Source: Lingula anatina (Eukaryota > Animalia > Brachiopoda). From it: a DNA stretch of 64,000 bases. Positions 12,933 to 25,000 of the stretch are shown piece after piece. The position numbers and the translations under genes were made by a program. Position 1 is the stretch's first letter; each line of letters begins with the position of its first letter. The notes beneath the pieces are model-generated. The model was not told where the DNA came from. It did no database searches and saw nothing but the letters and a program-made list of their open reading frames with translations. The DNA lies in the NCBI GenBank assembly GCA_051362555.1, contig CM120646.1:16244001-16308000 (forward strand), written 5' to 3'.

Positions 12933-14531
12933 CTATTCGGTTTTGTTTTTTCTTTTTGATAGAGGCCATATTTTCGAGATATATCGGTATATCGCCTTAC
13001 ATGAAAAGTATATCAAAGCAACAACAGTAACAACAGTACTGAAAAGGACGCCAACAACATCGAGTAGCAGATACTGGTACCAACTAAGTCTCTCCATCCC
13101 CTGAGAATGAAAATGTAGCGTTCCGTTGTTCCTGATGGCATACTCGACCCAAAACATCAGTGCCTCCTTCCCATCCATCGGCTGATCTCGAACAGTAGCT
13201 GCAGCACGCTTAGCGTTCTTAAAATATTTAGGGTTGTTTAAAACATTTAAAACAGTACCAGAAAAGGCAGACTCGGTGAAATTAAAGAAGTCTAGTTCTT
13301 CCCCCATACCGAGACGTTCAACTAACTTTCTTGCGTGACCAAATTGATCCACAAAGAGCGGAACAGCAACAACAGGAACCCCGTGATACAGAACCTCGTG
13401 CGAGCTGCTTACACCGCAATGAGTAATGAAGAGTCTTGCTTTGGGGTGACCCAAGAGGTCATTTTGTGGTATCCATGGCAACACTTTTGTGTTATGTCCT
13501 AGTCCAGAGATGTTAGAGTTAGTGTTTCGCCATATAACCTTTTGGGGAAGTCGCGCAAAAACCCTGGCCACCATTGCTGCTGTTTTCGGCGTAAGTTCAG
13601 GTATCAGCGTTCCAAAACTCAAGATGACGAAGCCTGCGTCTCCCGATGATTCCACGAACTGATCAAGTTCTTTAGGCAAGGGTTTTGGAGGGTGGAAAAG
13701 AACGCCTGACACAGGTTTTACCCAAGGGAAGACGGGTCGGGGGTAGTCAAAGACGAAATCGGAATTCACAATCAGTAACGACAATCTCGTATACGCACTC
13801 TCTATTGATAGTGAAGTGTTAAGATTGTATTTGACCTTCGCCTCGTAGCATGGCGTCATAGTCCATTTTTTCATTAAGTTCATTGCAGTTATGCTGACAG
13901 TATTGACTAATCGTTCCCAAAATGTCATTTGTTCTGAGAAAGCCGATAACGCGTTCGGCATGTATGAAGGGTTGTTAGGTGGACTGACGTCCCAGTTGTT
14001 GTCAAGTCCAAAATTAGAATACCCAACACTAGGAATGTTTAAATAATCCATTAAAAGTAAGCCCTCGGGGGCTATGATGTCAAGAAACATGAGGTCATAT
14101 TTTTCTGACCTTAGTTCTCCTAGAAGTGTTTTGTCCCCAAAAAGTGCGTCCATCATCTCTTTGGCGTAGTCTAGCCACTGCGGCACAAAATAAAAGGCAT
14201 TTGTCCTCACCTTGTGGATAAGCATTTCACCCGACAGGTTGAACGGTGGGATGGTGAGATTAATTTTTTTGACATGGATCTCCTTCGGTACCTTGTCTAA
14301 GACAGGACCCACGTTGCCAGCTACCAACATCGTTACGCTGTGATTCCGCGCAAACATCATTTGTCCGATTTTCATCATATTTAGGAGTCGAGAATTGTAC
14401 ACGTGAGCGTAAGGGTAAAGCAGAATTTTAGACCCATTGACATTCTCCAAAAACATGCAAACCGTAGCTATAATCAAAGTTAGTGACGTTTTGGCCATCG
14501 CCATTGTTGTGACTGTCTTCTTTTGCAACAT
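12933..14531 (-). CDS. UDP-glucuronosyl/glycosyltransferase (GT1 family), intronless, copy 1 (likely start 14504 by homology with copy 2)
   Basis: Signal peptide, UGT signature WIPQNDLLGHPKARLFITHCGVSSSHEVLYHGVPVVAVPLFVDQ, C-terminal TM helix and Lys-rich tail KRKNKTE. Confidence 0.95.
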   Translation of the reverse strand: MLQKKTVTTMAMAKTSLTLIIATVCMFLENVNGSKILLYPYAHVYNSRLLNMMKIGQMMFARNHSVTMLVAGNVGPVLDKVPKEIHVKKINLTIPPFNLSGEMLIHKVRTNAFYFVPQWLDYAKEMMDALFGDKTLLGELRSEKYDLMFLDIIAPEGLLLMDYLNIPSVGYSNFGLDNNWDVSPPNNPSYMPNALSAFSEQMTFWERLVNTVSITAMNLMKKWTMTPCYEAKVKYNLNTSLSIESAYTRLSLLIVNSDFVFDYPRPVFPWVKPVSGVLFHPPKPLPKELDQFVESSGDAGFVILSFGTLIPELTPKTAAMVARVFARLPQKVIWRNTNSNISGLGHNTKVLPWIPQNDLLGHPKARLFITHCGVSSSHEVLYHGVPVVAVPLFVDQFGHARKLVERLGMGEELDFFNFTESAFSGTVLNVLNNPKYFKNAKRAAATVRDQPMDGKEALMFWVEYAIRNNGTLHFHSQGMERLSWYQYLLLDVVGVLFSTVVTVVALIYFSCKAIYRYISKIWPLSKRKNKTE

Positions 14532-14862
14532 CTAGCTACATGTATATGTACGCCCCTGCCAAGATAAACCTACGGTTTATCAGTCACCTATTATATCGGG
14601 GTAGATGAGAAACGAGTAAAAATTCGAAGTCCATAATATTCAAACAAATAATTAAATTTCTACAATACCGGTTCCCCTGAAAGACCAGGCCCGCTGATCG
14701 CTTGCCTCTTTTTAAATGATCCCCGATGACAATAATCAGCTCTTATTTCTTCAAAAATATCACAGGCACAATCAGGATACGAATGAAATACCACAATCCA
14801 AATAGGCTCGTCTCCTTCCTCACCCTTCCCTTGCACCTCGATCTTTTCGCCCGCTTTTATTT

Positions 14863-15175
14863 GAGGCCATTCAGAATGAGAAGAGCCAAGTGCTAGCTAG
14901 GCCACGACCTAAATATGGCGGACCTACGTGAAAGTAAGACCGCTTAATCCTGTAATGGTCTCTCCGACTCTCACACGCCTCCCCACGCGCCATCCCTGCA
15001 GGGGAAGAGTAATTAAATCTCGGCTCAATTCAACCGGTCGAGAGACGACGCGTGGGGAGCCGTGTGAGAGGCGGAGAGACCATTACAGGATTAAGCAGTC
15101 TTCCTTTTATGTAGGTCCGCCATATTTAGGTCGTGGCCTAGCTAGCACTCGGCTCTTCTTATTCTGAATGGCCTC
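14863..15175. mobile_element. 313-bp foldback MITE with ~125-bp TIRs (GAGGCCATTCAGAAT...ATTCTGAATGGCCTC)
   Basis: Near-perfect inverted repeat flanked by TTT/TTT, lying ~330 bp upstream of UGT copy 1. Confidence 0.85.
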
Positions 15176-15959
15176 TTTGCCAGTTTAACCGCTAGCCATT
15201 TACACTCTACATGTCTTTGGCTTAACATTTAGACAAGACACAGAGAAACACGATATGCATGAACACCACGTGGGGTTATGAGAGAGGACTTGCGGCAGAT
15301 CATCGTAGAGTTCGCTCCTGTTTATACCTGTTTAAAAATTGACTAGGGGTGGAGCAGAAGGCACTATACTACTGGAGGACACACTGATAATCTATTATAT
15401 TAAGCGAGCAATAAGAGTGGGCATAGTGCAACTGTACCCTCTACCAGAGCCACACAGAAAATTGTACGCGGTAATCACTAGATAATTACAGATATTTCTT
15501 TGGCTATTCTGTGCACATTTTCGTAATGTTCAGCGATAAATTCGTGGAAAAAAACTTGACCCGGAACTTCTTTTCTTTGTCTAGTTTCATTATTCCTATT
15601 GTTTACTTAACCTGTTATTCAGAAGACTCACTAATATCAAGTGAAAGGTACCCCTGTAGATAAAATTAATTTTTCTTACTTTTAGAAAAATTTATAAAAT
15701 GGAAGTATTTGTTTGATTAAAAAGTGACATGTAATGGCAAATTTGTAAAATTTGCATCATAGCATCTAAAATTTAAGATTGCCTCTCAGGTCTGTTTAAG
15801 TGCGCAAGTGAGCCTCCTGAATCTTATAATTAATAGCCAATCCTTGTTTTTACTTCATTTTCTGTCTTCTTTCTTATATTCAGTAAAATATGCAGTTAAT
15901 TTAATATGTGCAATGTATAAAAGATCATTGAAAGGCTGTGTTTTTCTTTCCTGGGATAA

Positions 15960-16053
15960 GGGGTTGTCTGGGGGGGGGGGGGGGATTCCCAGGGAGAATT
16001 GTCTTGGGGGAGGGAGGGGGTTCCGGGGGGGGGGGGGGGTTCCGGGGGTGGGG
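15960..16053 (+). repeat. G-rich tract with G-quadruplex potential
   Basis: Many runs of three or more G, including two very long G runs. Confidence 0.6.
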
Positions 16054-16482
16054 TAGAATCGGCTAAATGACGTAGCACAGCGCGTGGATTGCATTATCCT
16101 CACTCTTACTCCCATGTATGGCTGTATAGCTGCAGGCGCAATGCATGCTTATTTAAAGAGATGGCTGAGGTTTATTTTAGGCACAGAAAGAAAGCAGCAA
16201 AATCCTTTCATATATCCTTTTTTCCGGAAATATGAAACGAAGTCTTTTGGTATTACTGCAAGTTATAATTATTTGAAACTATATGATGGCGTTTGGTCAG
16301 ATTTCGTTGCAAAATTTGACTTTAAATGCTTCTTCAAAGACTAAAAAGGAAATTCTTACAATTATGAATTGTTATTTACTTAATAGGTACACAAGGACAT
16401 GGAACAAACGTTAACAAAACATTACACTCATCAGTCTTGAAGGAATAATAATGAAAAAGCAAGGCATTTCTCAACAGATGGC

Positions 16483-18054
16483 CTATTCGGTTTTGTTTTT
16501 TCTTTTTGATGGAAACCATTTTTTCGTGACATGTCGGCATACCAATTTACAAATAAGGTATACCAAAACAACAACAGTAACAACAGTGCTGAAAAGGACG
16601 CTAACAACATCGAGCAGCAGATACTGGTACCAACTAAGTCTCTCCATCCCCTGAGAATGAAAATGTAGCGTTCCGTTGTTCCTGATGGCATACTCGACCC
16701 AAAACATCAGAGCCTCTTTCCCATCCATCGGCTGATCTCGAACAGTAGCTGCAGCACGCTTAGCGTTCTTAAAATATTTAGGGTTGTTTAAAACATTTAG
16801 AACAGTGCCAGAAAAGGCAGACTCGGTGAAATTAAAGAAGTCTAGTTCTTCCCCCATACCGAGACGTTCAACTAACTTTCTTGCGTGACCAAATTGATCT
16901 ACAAAGAGCGGAACAGCAACAACAGGAACCCCGTGATACAGAACCTCGTGCGAGCTGCTTACACCGCAATGAGTAATGAAGAGTCTGGCTTTGGGGTGAC
17001 CCAAGAGGTCATTTTGTGGTATCCATGGCAACACCTTTGTGTTATTTCCTAGTCCCGAGATGTTAGAGTTAGTGTTTCGCCATATAACCTTTTGGGGAAG
17101 TCGCGCAAAAACCCTGGCCACCATTGCTGCTGTTTCCGCCGTAAGCTCAGGTATCAGCGTTCCAAAACTCAAGATGACGAAGCCTGCGTCTCCCGATGAT
17201 TCCACGAACTGATCAAGTTCTTTAGGCAAGGGTTTTGGAGGATGGAAAAGAACGCCTGACACGGGTTTTACCCAAGGGAAGACGGGTCGAGGGTAGTCAA
17301 AGACGAAATCGATATTTACTATCAGCAGCGACAATCTTGTGAACACACTTTCCAGGGAGAGTGAAGTGTTGAGATTGTATTTTACCTTCGCCTCATCACA
17401 AGGCGACTGATATTGTATTTTCATCAAGTTCATTGTAGTTATACTGACAGTATTGATTAATCGTTCCCAAAATGTCATGTATTCTGAGTAAGCCGAAAAT
17501 GCGTCCGGCATGTAGGAAGGATTAATGGGTGGACTGATGTCCCAGTTATTGTCAAATCCAAAATTAGAATACCCAACACTGGGAATGTTCAAATAATCCA
17601 TTAGCAGTAAGCCCTCGGGGGCTATGATGTCAAGAAACATGAGGTCATATTTTTCTGACCTTAGTTGTCCCAGTAGTGTTTTGTCTCCAAAAAGTACGTC
17701 CATCATCTCTCTGCCGTATTCCAGCCACTGCGGAACAAAATAAAAGGCATTTGTCCTCACCTTGTGGATAAGCATTTCACCCGACAGGTTGAGCGGTGGG
17801 ATGGTGAGATTTATTTTTTTGACATGGATCTCCTTCGGCACCTTGTCTAAGACAGGTCCCACATTGCCAGCTACCAACATCGTTACGCTGTGATTCCGCG
17901 CAGACATCATTTGTCCGATTTTCATCATATTTAAGAGTCGAGAATTGTACACGTGAGCGTAAGGGTAAAGCAGAATTTTAGACCCATTGACATTATCCGA
18001 AAACATGCATACCGTAGCTATAATCATAGCTAGGGACGTTTTGGTCATCGCCAT
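16483..18054 (-). CDS. UDP-glucuronosyl/glycosyltransferase (GT1 family), intronless, copy 2 (523 aa)
   Basis: Same signature and topology as copy 1; tandem paralogue. Confidence 0.95.
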   Translation of the reverse strand: MAMTKTSLAMIIATVCMFSDNVNGSKILLYPYAHVYNSRLLNMMKIGQMMSARNHSVTMLVAGNVGPVLDKVPKEIHVKKINLTIPPLNLSGEMLIHKVRTNAFYFVPQWLEYGREMMDVLFGDKTLLGQLRSEKYDLMFLDIIAPEGLLLMDYLNIPSVGYSNFGFDNNWDISPPINPSYMPDAFSAYSEYMTFWERLINTVSITTMNLMKIQYQSPCDEAKVKYNLNTSLSLESVFTRLSLLIVNIDFVFDYPRPVFPWVKPVSGVLFHPPKPLPKELDQFVESSGDAGFVILSFGTLIPELTAETAAMVARVFARLPQKVIWRNTNSNISGLGNNTKVLPWIPQNDLLGHPKARLFITHCGVSSSHEVLYHGVPVVAVPLFVDQFGHARKLVERLGMGEELDFFNFTESAFSGTVLNVLNNPKYFKNAKRAAATVRDQPMDGKEALMFWVEYAIRNNGTLHFHSQGMERLSWYQYLLLDVVSVLFSTVVTVVVLVYLICKLVCRHVTKKWFPSKRKNKTE

Positions 18055-19087
18055 TGTTGTAAATACGTCTTCTGCTATCTTGATGGGTGTACGCCTCCTT
18101 TGTCACCGACTCAGGCCATTTTTTGATAATCACTTGAATTACGGGCGAATCAGGGCAAAACATACAAAAACATAACGAATGAGTTTCTAAACGACCGAAA
18201 CCAATGAAATTACCATTTGTTGATGTGATAAAAAAAAAATGGCCGAAAGATAAATCGAACAAAAATGAATCGGATAAATTCATCAATTACACTACATCAA
18301 ACGAGAGTCTGAAGGCCGCAAATAGCTACAACCATATATATGGAAATAAAGTGGTAGATCAAAAGTTATAGACGTTTGGAAGCTGGTGTGTAAATCAAAT
18401 AATTAAAAGGCCTAAAGTAGGGGCAGGCGTACTCCTTCATATCAAATCCACCTAATCTTTGCACAACTGTGTAAGTAAACCCAAATGCTACTAAGATAAG
18501 GATACGGTTCACCAGTCCCATGGAATACATGAGGTTTGATGGGAGACGGGTAAACATATCAAAGTCCATCATATTCAACCTAGGATCCGAAATCCTAGAT
18601 TCAAACGAATGAAGCACGGAACATCCTACGACATCGGTTTGCCCAAAAGCCCAGACCCACAGTTCGCTATAATCTCTCTTTATAATAATAGTAATAATAA
18701 TAATTACAATAAAAACTGATAATAATAAGTATTTATATATTTAGAGTCTAGAATCTATTATTTGATCCCGATGACGAAAAAACAGCCCTCACCCATTTAA
18801 AAAATAAACAAGGCAGATTCATGAAAGTTGCAACCCTTTCCGTCTACTACCGTAAAATACGAGGTGGACTGACGACATGTGCATGTCAATTTTAACATTC
18901 TGGCAGGACACTGACCAACAAGGCTGGGGAAACGTGCACAGCACGTGGGATTGTGAGAGAGCACTCGCGACAGATAAGATCATACCGTTCACTCCTATCC
19001 TTACCTGTGTAATAATTGACTGGGGATGGGACAGAGGGTGCCGTATTACTGGGGGCCACACTAATAAACAGTTTGAGTACAAGTGTC

Positions 19088-19221
19088 TTCTACCAGGGCC
19101 GCAGATATTATTCTGTGGACATTTTTGCTGAGGCACAGTACAGAGAGTAGCCATCTATTTAACCAGAGACATGTCTGTTTATGTCTATTGAAAAGTCAAT
19201 CTGTGGCTCTGGTAGAGGCTA
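19088..19221. mobile_element. ~130-bp MITE with TCTACCAGGGCCRCAGA-type TIRs; related copies or fragments at ~15437, 20211-20325 and 51491-51620
   Basis: TCTACCAGGGCCGCAGAT ... ATCTGTGGCTCTGGTAGA inverted pair; the motif recurs at several dispersed sites. Confidence 0.55.
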
Positions 19222-21241
19222 GCTCTTTATAGATCACAGAGAGAATTTATAGGCCTTTAGCAGCTAGATGACTAGGTGTTGAGCTTGCTCTCCAAGAAAG
19301 AAAAGAATTGATGCTACATAGCAAGTTCCCCAGTAAACGGAAGGAGTCAACGTCTGGTCATCTAATCTGCTAAAGCCTCTTTTTTTATCATTACATGTAC
19401 GTGTATTTATTATTACATTTACATTTATTTATTTCATGTAGTTACAGATATTTACAGAGTCTCTCAGATTATTTTGTGCGCGTGATTTTAAGCGCGAATT
19501 TCTTGGAAACAGCTGGCATCTGGCCAGTGCAAACTGGTGGATGAAGGGATTTACACGTAGGAAGGGGCACAGTGTTATAATAGGAGCAATTCTGAGGCGC
19601 TTCACCCTGCGTTCATGTACAGGTGTGACAGGAACGGAAGTCCCAGGAAAGGAAGTCCGGACTACCATATGTACAAATTAATGGGAAGCGGACTTCCATT
19701 CCTGTTACTCCGGCATAAACCAGTTTGCGGGAAATGCATGTAGTGAGTGTAAAGTAAAGCGAATCGTAAGCTTTGCTCGTTCGTCGTTTTTTTTTAAGGG
19801 GGGGGGGGGGCAATTATTATTAAACAACTTTGTTTGGAATGTTATTGCTAGGGCTGCGTTTACACATTAATGTACTGCAATATATTTAATATCTCCAGGC
19901 CTAAAGTATCCCTTTTATCATATTAGATGGACATTTAACAGGGCAAAAAGAATGCGACACTTTTGTTCTTGTAGCACAATTTTATTTAATTTTTTGAACA
20001 TTTCACTCCACCAAATAAACTCTTTACTGCACATGCCCCAGATCCATAAATAAAAATTTGGAAATACGTACATCACACTGTATGCCATGAGAAGTGCAAA
20101 TTCTTCACGTAATACCTGGAAGACTTGTATGATTTCCATATTGTTTCACTTATGTCGAGTCAGCTATAAAACAAAGGGATGTGATTTTTTTCTACAGAAG
20201 GGCACCCTATTCTCTACCAGGGCCACGAATGGATTTTAACTAGATTCTCACTGGTCTCTCTGGTTTTCTGGACACTGCTGATTTTTGCACATAATTGACG
20301 TCATCACTCAGGTCTCTGGTAGGGAGAAGTGCCAACCAATAAATTATGATCTGTTAAACATGGCACACTTCAAGAGCTTCTTTTGTACACAGTGTTGATT
20401 AGAATATGCTAAAAGGATTAAAACCGATTTTAACACAGTTAAATAACCAGATTCAAGCATAAGAATGACCACATCAGGGAACAAGCTTTTTTTTAAAGTT
20501 TCTGTCAGAGTAAAACAATGAATGCATACAAAATTAACAATGAATCACGTCAGATTGTTTTAACACAAATAAAGCTAAAATGGATCTAGCTTCACTTACA
20601 GTCCGTGGCATTTTTACAGCATCACCTTCATTTGATCTATATCTCTGTCTGAGCACACAAAAATGCTCAAAAACAGCACCTTCACAATTACACATAGCAG
20701 TGATCCACGATTATTATTATTATTATTATATACTTTTTAAAGACATCTGATGAGATATTGGATTTCTTAGCCTGGCTACTGAAACACAACCTTCCATGTT
20801 ACACTGCTGAAAGTTAAGCACGGGACACATGAAAGTTCATGAAAATGGAATTTCAAAGAAATATGATCTTTAAATATTAGTTCATTGACTATCACTTTCA
20901 TTGTAACTTTTATTTTGGAGAGTGAAACCATAAGTAAAAGTAACAGTTCTGTTAAAACAACAGTTAAGGCAAAATTTATTGGCACCTACTCCTATATTTC
21001 AGTTTCTATCATGTCACTTTTCTTCTGGGAATATTTTGCTGGATTTATAAAACCTTTAAGTCTTTAAAAATAAAATTGGCTACCAGGTATTAGATCATAA
21101 AATATTGAGAGAGTGGATTTCAAAATGGTTATTATAATAACCTTACGTATGTTACCTTAAAGTTATGGTAAAAATATTGACTTAGACTATTAGCATGACC
21201 GAGTATTCCAATAATGGTGTATGTAAATGCATACAAAATAA

Positions 21242-21454
21242 GGCTCTATTCCCATAGATTTTAGATCGAGCTATCCCGCGGGGAGTCTCACTAGATTACT
21301 TTCAGATAATCCGACTTAAATGTCTGTCCCGCCTACTACAAGCTGTAAGGGGTAATTAACTTTCGTGTCCGCCCGGCTGACAGCTATTTAGCGTGAAACC
21401 CCAGGGAGTTAGGTCGATCTAAAGTAGGTCGATCTAACCTATGGAAATGGGGTG
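21242..21454. mobile_element. Tourist/PIF-Harbinger-like MITE family A, copy 1
   Basis: TAA flanks on both sides; near-identical, in inverted orientation, to 24426-24640; related to 60969-61178. Confidence 0.8.
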
Positions 21455-22016
21455 TAAGTCACCACAACATATCTATATTAATTACAGAATTTTCCTGCTA
21501 TACTTTGTTTCTTGGGTTCTATAGAAACCGACCTGCAGTCTTTCGTTACACATTTGACCAAGCATCTCAGTAGGGAGGTAGAAAAAGTTGTTGAATTTTC
21601 TTTGTGCTCTAAGAAACTTATTAATTTTGTTTAATAAGACCATTTTAGCACATGATATTATGAAACATAATCAGCTTCTACAATGGTTATACAAGAACTG
21701 ATAATGCAGCTACAAATTATCACTTGCTCCAAGTTGGCAAAACAGTCTCACCTTTTTACCACATAACATAGGAAGCACCTGCACTGCTTGACCATTAACA
21801 AAGAATCCTACAGTACCACCTGGCATTAACGGAAAGCTTTTTAATAAGCTTTCATAATTCATAATTTTTTGCATTAGGATTTTACAAATAACCTAGCTGT
21901 ACTAGTACAATGCATGCAGTAAATCTGTTGGTACACCAAAACACTGCCTTTTGGCTGCACAGCATTACATGTACCTGCACAATTCCTTATAAATTACTGA
22001 GCAAACGGCATCAGTC

Positions 22017-25000
22017 CTATGTAATGACTGGGACTGAGACTTTCTGGATGTCTGTGTCCGTGTCCTCGCTGTCGTCAAGGGTCAGTCTTGTGTACTTCTC
22101 CTTGAACAGCAACAGTAAAGGAATGGGCAAGATAATAGCGGCAAGGAAGGCCCAGTTCATCCAAAACTGACCTGGAATTCAATCGTCAAATACCTTTAAA
22201 ATGCACTCATATTTCTTTCAAATTGTTTAGTCTGATAATGTATCATTAATCCTCCCCCCCCCTCTCCAAAAATCAGCCTTTTTTCATTTGTGAATGTGTT
22301 TACGCTGACAGAAGTCAAATCTGGAATTTTCTAGTTTTCTTTCCTCCCCCCCCCCCTCCAAAAATCAGCCTTTTTTCGTTTGTGAATGTGTTTACGCTGA
22401 TAGAAGTCAAATATGGAATTTTCTAGTTTTCTTAAACTTATCTAATTTCATCCATTTTTTGAATGGGACTAAAGACCATCATCATCAATATCGATGAATG
22501 ACTTCTTCTGCCAAAAAAAGTAAATTTCAATATTGGAATCAAAAATTAAACCATCCCAGCACATATCACTACTAACCTACGTTTTTCTGGATACACACCA
22601 AGGCTATCATATTGAAGATATTTCTTTTTAATAAAACAAGTCTGTGTACTATATGTATATATCAGTGCTCATTACTTCTTAAAAGCATCACTGCCCATTT
22701 GCTTCAAGATATTTCTTTTTATTTTTTTATATCTATTAAATAGTTGTTTACTCAAATTAGGTATCATGGTCACTATCAGGAAGGGGATGCCACATATATT
22801 GAGCAACCAGCTGATGAACCCGCCCGTGATCCCCTCAGCTATTGGATAGGTGGTCTCACATGCCAGCTCATAGAACAATGGCACACTGGCACTCACAAAG
22901 GTTCCCCCTACTATACAGGATAGGTATAGGCTCACTGAAATAAACAGAGTTCACGATTCAATAGGGTGACTCTTTGCTGAATTAAATAAAACCGTTTAAT
23001 ATCATACAAGTACCGGTACTAATGCGCACACATCCATTTTAGATTACCAGTAGAGTTTCAATAAGTTTCAATTGATTGGAATGAGGGCCACAAGAGAGCT
23101 GTGCAGTTCACATATTTTTGTTTTTGCATTTATATGAGTACAGTTAAAAAATGAAAACATTAACAGCACCCTGTCCCTCATGCTGCAATTTCTTACCAGA
23201 GGAGAAAGGGATAAAACCATCACAGAGAATACAGAACCAGGTAATAAACCCGACACCCAGGGTGAACAGCACCAGCAACATGAGGCGGAGGTGACCCGAG
23301 AACACATCAGCGAACCTTTTAAAAGGAAAAAAAAAAAAAACATACTAACCAATCACTACAGTGCTACAATTGGTATTTTATGTAGTGTGTTCTTAACTTT
23401 TTAAAAACTTTTCTGAAAAAAAAAGTCTACCTAAACTGCAGTGACATAAACTATCTACAACAGCATTTTTTCTGGTGAACAAAAATTAAGCAGTCTTTCC
23501 ACCATAGTTGCAAATTAATGACAACTCCACTGCTACTTACCAGAAATGTAACATTTTACTTACACTGCTAAGAAGAATCCAAACACAGCACCTCCTATGA
23601 CAGCATAGCAAGCCAGGCTCCCTGCCTCTGTCTGGAGTGGAGAAGATCAAGTAATTATTATTAAAAGCATATCAACTGTTCATTTTGACCAAAAAATGAT
23701 TTTCCCTGGGGTATATGACAATTTTACCATGCTTACCAATTTCTACATTCAAAATTAGTCCCTGGCTTTTTCTAAAAAGTTCTTTTTTTTTTGTAATAAT
23801 CTCTTCGGAAATTATTACGGAGCATAGCCATCTTTGGAGGATGGTAAAACAGACTATATATTATCTGTACGAGTTGTTTACAATTTTATTATAATGTAAA
23901 ATATATATCTCATACAAAGAGTTGTTATCCCTTTAAGTTACTAATGAAAGTTTCCTTAAAAAAAGTAAAAGATGCATTTGAATTCAATTTTTTGCTGCAA
24001 AACCGGACCATGTGCCACCTTATAGTTTCACATAATAGAACTCCGATAAAAACAAAAGGACATTGTTTCATATTTTCTGAAAAATGGCATTGAAATAGTC
24101 TTTTTTTCTGTCATTTTTCTGTGCTACTAATAACCCTCAGTTTTTTTTTTATTTTTTGTAAACTCATTTAAATAAGTATGCAACTGTGCACACAGCAACA
24201 TCTATGCATTGGTGAGATGATTATGCTATGCAAGTGTAGTACTACCCCATTTAGTGACCACAGTTAAAATCTGTTACTTGCTCTCCTACTCAATATTTCG
24301 TAAAAATTTGACCACAATTGTTGGAAAATTGTTATTTTGTAAGCATACTGAACTAGAGGATCAAAGACTTAAGAGGCATTAACGCCCCTTGGCACTGTAC
24401 CACCAGCTGTAGTACGTGCTAGTAACACCCCATTTCCATAGATTAGATCGACCTACTTTAGATCGACCTAACTCCCTGGGGGTTCACGCTAAATAGCTGT
24501 CAGCCGGGCGGACACGAAAGTTAATTACCCCCTTACAGCTTGTAGTAGGCGGGACGGACATTTAAGTCGGATTATCTGAAAGTAATCTAGTGAGACTCCC
24601 CGCGGGGATAGATCGATCTAAAGTCTATGGGAATAGAGCCTTAGTTGAAAGGACGGTATAGATGGTTTTGTGTTAGATGTGGGGAAGTAGAGTTTTGTTA
24701 AATATGTAGTTGCAATGTGTTCGGGAAGAGAAGGGAAAAGGGTAAATTTATGAGTATTTCACACTTTATCTTCACCATTGAACATTCTGAGGTTGTGCTT
24801 TTTACTATAGTGCAACTCTTAAACTGTACTGAAAAAAAAAATTGACAACACCACCAGTATTGCACTTGAAATGCTCTACCAAACTCAACAAACGAAATTT
24901 CTAGCCTTTACGGTTACAGAATCAGAGGGTGTTCTCCAATGAAAATATACCAATTGACCCCAAACACACAAAGATGAAAGGAGACCCCATGTATGACTCC

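Noticed and set aside
15808-16115. Gly-rich and Pro-rich ORFs
   Set aside because: They arise from poly-G tracts in the UGT intergenic region.
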